Of a stretch of DNA of 35,288 nt, positions 31,305 through 35,288 are shown piece after piece. Source of the DNA: an uncultured Clostridia bacterium (lineage in GTDB: Bacteria > Bacillota > Clostridia > Lachnospirales > CAMVHY01); the NCBI GenBank assembly GCA_946415665.1, contig CAMKTI010000003.1, forward strand, positions 1-35,288, read 5' to 3'. Both the position numbers and the translations under genes were made by a program. Positions within the stretch are counted from its first letter, which is position 1; every line of letters starts with the position of its first letter. The notes under the pieces were generated by a model. It was not told the DNA's origin. It ran no database searches and saw nothing but the letters and a program-made list of their open reading frames with translations.

Positions 31305-33263
31305 TTAATTATCTATTGTACCATCTCTATCAGCTGGGCTATGTCGATCTGATCCTTGAGCGCCTATAAAATTCTCTTTTCCTTGACTTTGTTCTTGTAT
31401 GTGTTGTATGGATTTATTAGAGCTATATTGTTCCCCGTAAGCTCCAATTTTGTTGGGCAGGGGAGTATAAAGTTTTGTATGTATATAAATTAAGATGATC
31501 CCGACAACTATTGGTACAAGTGGAGGAAGTATAACAACTAACAGACTCAATGCCTCAATAAGTAATAATTTTATTATTAACGTGATAACAAATCCGAGCA
31601 CACCTAAAATTATTGCAGCAATTCCAATATTTCTGAATTTGTTTGAAGGTTTTTGAGTAGAACTGGATTGGGATGAATTACGAGTTTCTTCCGTTTTAGA
31701 TTTACCATTATTACCATTAAAATTAATTTGTTCAATATATTTTTTATTTGCAATATCAATATTTTTCCCTTTATTATATTCACGTTCATTTTGATTGGCG
31801 ACTTGGTTATTGTTGTTATATGGATTATTGCTTTTTCTATCTTCGTTCAAATTTATTTCAGAGTTATTGTTTGTAACATCGTTATTGTTTGTAACATTTG
31901 CTTTTAAAACATCTTCTTTTTGTCCTAAAATATCTGTTTCAATTTTATTTATCTTCTGTTGATCTATTTCGTTTTCAATTGATCTTTCAGAATCAGGAAA
32001 ATCGCTTACATGAACCACTGTGCTAGGTTTTATATTCTTTTTTGCAGGTGTGTCAAGCTCACCTGAAATGGAATCAATAGTACTCATTTTATCGTTATTT
32101 ATATTCTTAAGATACATAACATGCTCGGAGTTTCGTAGGTCACCTGGATTGTTTCCAGTCCCTATCAAAACTAATTTCTTAGACGTAAGATTTTGTTGTA
32201 TATTTTCAACTGTATCGTTCTTGTTATTGGAATCCAGCTTTTTATTGTTTTTTCCGAGAATTATCTGAATACCTACTGATTCGAGTCCATGGTCAATATC
32301 CTGCATATCGAATTTTTTTTCAATATCACCTGAGCTAAGCGTTCTACTTCCATCTTTTTCTAGCGATCCTATATTATTCCAATCAATTCCTAAAACTGTT
32401 CTCTGTCCTTTCACATATTTATATATATCATATTGAGGCTCATTATAACAGTTTTTAAATTTATTTATGCCCATCATAACACATACAGCTTTTTCCAGCA
32501 TTATAATCCATAAAGGTCTCTTATCTTTATCCGGTCTAGTTTTATCCACAACAATATCGACAGGCAATCCATCCTCATCATGAAGTCGTACAACAGCTTT
32601 GTTAGGGCGTTGCTCAATGTCGTTGTCTACATCTTCATTACTTTTATCATCTGCATTTTCTTTGCCTTGATTGTTATCTGGATAATCTCGCACCATTTTT
32701 TTCGGAATATATTTTGCATCGTGATCGATAATTCCTATTATTATCGACAAAAACCAGCAATCCTGGACATCAGATTTTTGTCTTACTGAAAACCTACCAT
32801 CTGGAAGATAAGGATTTGCCTTATCTATCTTTTCACAGTATTGTGAGGGGTTGTTTTTGACTCTGCTTTTTTCATATCTGGGTAAATAATCAAGTACCAA
32901 TGCATCTTTATTATTTTGTTCGGTGCAGCCTTTAGGATAAAGTAATTCACTCCAATTATTAGAATCTTCTTCTTTAAAAAATTCAAAAAGTGCGTTGTCT
33001 GCGTCACCATAACGCTTTGGTGCTTTACAATTATCACCAAAACATTCATCCGGAACATAAACTACAGGAACTTTTTTGTTTTTCGCAAATCGTTTTATAC
33101 AGTCTATTCTGTTTTTATGATATATAAGCTTTTCGTTCTCATCTGGTGATAATTCTTCTTTTTTAGATTTTTCTTGTAGTTTTTTAAATTCTTCACAATG
33201 TTTTTCAAATGAATCATAAACAATCCAATCAATGCCATCACTTGCAATATTTTTATTTTCCAT
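31305..33263 (-). CDS. Calpain-like (peptidase C2) cysteine protease with C-terminal hydrophobic hairpin
   Basis: VRQKSDVQDCWFLS, VDIVVDKTRP, LWIIMLEKA, LRNSEHVMYL; Asn-rich linker; two TM helices; ATG 33263 behind GGGAGG. Confidence 0.72.
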   Translation of the reverse strand: MENKNIASDGIDWIVYDSFEKHCEEFKKLQEKSKKEELSPDENEKLIYHKNRIDCIKRFAKNKKVPVVYVPDECFGDNCKAPKRYGDADNALFEFFKEEDSNNWSELLYPKGCTEQNNKDALVLDYLPRYEKSRVKNNPSQYCEKIDKANPYLPDGRFSVRQKSDVQDCWFLSIIIGIIDHDAKYIPKKMVRDYPDNNQGKENADDKSNEDVDNDIEQRPNKAVVRLHDEDGLPVDIVVDKTRPDKDKRPLWIIMLEKAVCVMMGINKFKNCYNEPQYDIYKYVKGQRTVLGIDWNNIGSLEKDGSRTLSSGDIEKKFDMQDIDHGLESVGIQIILGKNNKKLDSNNKNDTVENIQQNLTSKKLVLIGTGNNPGDLRNSEHVMYLKNINNDKMSTIDSISGELDTPAKKNIKPSTVVHVSDFPDSERSIENEIDQQKINKIETDILGQKEDVLKANVTNNNDVTNNNSEINLNEDRKSNNPYNNNNQVANQNEREYNKGKNIDIANKKYIEQINFNGNNGKSKTEETRNSSQSSSTQKPSNKFRNIGIAAIILGVLGFVITLIIKLLLIEALSLLVVILPPLVPIVVGIILIYIHTKLYTPLPNKIGAYGEQYSSNKSIQHIQEQSQGKENFIGAQGSDRHSPADRDGTIDN

Positions 33264-33873
33264 AATTTTTTGCCTCCCTTGTATCAATAAAAAAACAAAA
33301 AATGAACCGTTTATATATTATTATAATAAATCCAAAAGACAATGTCAACTGTTTTTATTAACATTTATTCATTAAACAAAAAAATTAATTCGATAAATTG
33401 TTTTTTTCAGATCTTTCTTTTAGTTATTTAACACTTTGACGATGGCATTTAAATGAATCATAAGCACCCCAATCAATACCATCACTTGCAATATTTTTAT
33501 TTTCCATAATTTTTTGCCTCCCTTGTATCAACAAAAAAACAAAAAACAAACCATTCATATGTTATTATAATAAATCCAAAAGATAATGTCAACTGTTTTT
33601 ATTAACATTTATTCATTAAACAAAAAAATTAATTCGATAAATTGTTTTTTTCAGATCTTTCTTTTAGTTATTTAACACTTTGACGATGGCATTTAAATGA
33701 ATCATAAGCACCCCAATCAATACCATCACTTGCAATATTTTTATTTTCCATAATTTTTTGCCTCCCTTGTATCAACAAAAAAACAAAAAACAAACTATTC
33801 ATATGTTATTATAATAAATCCAAAAGACAATGTCAGCTGTTTTTATTAATATTTATCCATTAAACAAAAAAAT
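33148..33873 (-). repeat. Three tandem 244-bp units, each promoter + RBS + 5' end of the protease gene
   Basis: Period exactly 244 bp (ATGs at 33263, 33507, 33751). Promoters TTGACA-17-TATAAT at 33320-33348 and 33564-33592; CTGACA variant at 33808-33836. Confidence 0.95.
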
Positions 33874-33897
33874 AACTAAGAGGTTGATTTTAAAATA

Positions 33898-34968
33898 ATG
33901 AGTGAAGAACGAGAAAAAATAATTTTGCCAGACAGAAAAATTTATTTAGATTACTTAAGAGTGTTTGCAATTTTTGCGATGATAATGTTACATGTAGCAA
34001 GTCAAAACTGGGCTTATATAAATGTAAATAGTTTCACTTGGCAAATATTTAATTTTTTTGATGGAATTTTAAGATGGTGTGTACCAATTTTTGTAATGAT
34101 AAGCGGAAACTTATTTTTGAGTAAAGAAATTCTGATTAAAAAATTATATTTTAAGTATATCCTGCGCTTAATAATCGCTTTTTTGTTTTGGTCTTGTTTT
34201 TATGCGTTGGTTGATATTAAAGAAAAAAATTTTATTTCTGTGTATTCGGAATTTATTACGGGGCATTATCATATGTGGTTTATTTTAATGATAATCGGTT
34301 TATATATTTGTGTGCCTTTTATAAAATTAGTTGCTAATAACAAAAATATATCGAGATATTATTTATTAATAACATTTTTGTTTGCGTTTTTTTTGCCACA
34401 AGTTGTTACGCTAGTCAACGATTTTGGTGCAAATTACATGATTAAGGCAGTTTCCAAAATAAATTGCAATATGTCTTTTATGTACATGAATAATGTTGTT
34501 GCTGGATTTGTGCCTTATTTTATTTTAGGGAATTATTTAGATAAAACGGAGCTTAATAAAAAAACAAGAATGATTATTTATATAATGGGCGTATTAGGTT
34601 TTTTTTTAACTGTATATTTAAGTTGGATAGTTTCTGTTAAGGCACAAATTGCGCTTGAAAATTATTATGGACCGTGGCGAGTAAATGTTTTATTTGAAAG
34701 TGTTGCTGTGTATATATGGTTTAAATATAAAAAATATAATGTAAAGAAATTAAATGCGGTTGTTGTTAAGTTATCGAAATATAGTTTCGGAGCTTATTTA
34801 GTTCATGCGTTTGTAATTGAAAAATTAGACATTTTTTTTAGCTTAAATAGTCTGTCTTTTAATCCTATTTTTTCGGTTGTTTTAATAGGCGTCTTGGTAT
34901 TTATTGTTTCGTTTATGATTTCTGGAATTTTAAATAATATTCCTAGTTTAAAAAAATATATTGTGTAA
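33898..34968 (+). CDS. Acyltransferase family 3 membrane protein (WecH-like O-acetyltransferase)
   Basis: YLDYLRVFAIFAMIMLH, RWCVPIFVMISG, HYHMWF, SFGAYLVH; about ten TM helices. Confidence 0.88.
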   Translation: MSEEREKIILPDRKIYLDYLRVFAIFAMIMLHVASQNWAYINVNSFTWQIFNFFDGILRWCVPIFVMISGNLFLSKEILIKKLYFKYILRLIIAFLFWSCFYALVDIKEKNFISVYSEFITGHYHMWFILMIIGLYICVPFIKLVANNKNISRYYLLITFLFAFFLPQVVTLVNDFGANYMIKAVSKINCNMSFMYMNNVVAGFVPYFILGNYLDKTELNKKTRMIIYIMGVLGFFLTVYLSWIVSVKAQIALENYYGPWRVNVLFESVAVYIWFKYKKYNVKKLNAVVVKLSKYSFGAYLVHAFVIEKLDIFFSLNSLSFNPIFSVVLIGVLVFIVSFMISGILNNIPSLKKYIV

Positions 34969-35208
34969 ATCTAGTAAAAAGAATTTTTTATATGTATTTA
35001 AATTAAATACGCTGCGAAAATTTATTTTTCGGAGCGCTTTTTTGATAGAAAAATATTTTTTATAGCTAAATAAAAAAATGAATACGTCAACAAATTAAGA
35101 TTTAAATGTAATAAACGTGTGTAGGATATATGATTTATAAATTTGTAAAAATAATTTGGAGTTAGTATTTTTTGTTATGATTTTAAAAAAATTTTGGGGT
35201 GAAAAAAA

Positions 35209-35288
35209 TTGGGCGAGTTAAAGATTCCTGAACACGTTGCAATAATAATGGATGGAAATCGACGGTGGGCAAAAAAAAATTTTTTGAA
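35209..35288 (+). CDS. uppS: Undecaprenyl diphosphate synthase, 5' part (runs off window)
   Basis: TTG start reads (M)GELKIPEHVAIIMDGNRRWAKK; GGGGTG RBS; not in the supplied ORF track. Confidence 0.88.
   Translation, partial: MGELKIPEHVAIIMDGNRRWAKKNFL

Noticed and set aside
31863-31898. 18-bp tandem repeat encoding VTNNN twice
   Set aside because: Only two copies in a low-complexity linker; no evidence of a contingency locus.
33148-33873. Possible CRISPR array
   Set aside because: Units are 244 bp, nearly identical along their length with no unique spacers, and no cas genes are present.

Overview
AT-rich Bacillota (Clostridia-like) chromosomal window with signs of genome decay, suggesting a host-restricted lifestyle (inference). 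The housekeeping backbone is feoA-feoB, dprA-topA-codY, rplM-rpsI, five tRNAs, aroK, an ECF ATPase, a GH13 glycosidase, spoIIIAF-AG-AH, an alanine/glycine:cation symporter, a TagA/WecB glycosyltransferase, an SLH protein, ytaF, an acyltransferase-3 and the start of uppS. It is interrupted by six decayed IS5-family remnants, one decayed IS630 and several partial-gene duplications. The most notable signal is a set of six orphan membrane-protein genes without an evident signal peptide, one of them a calpain-like cysteine protease with a C-terminal hydrophobic hairpin. Four have near-consensus sigma-A promoters, three of which share a homologous upstream module. Three orphans lie between diverged direct repeats copied from the neighbouring locus, suggesting a recurrent insertion-duplication route for acquiring candidate host-interaction genes. 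All calls come from reading the sequence by eye; no database searches were run.
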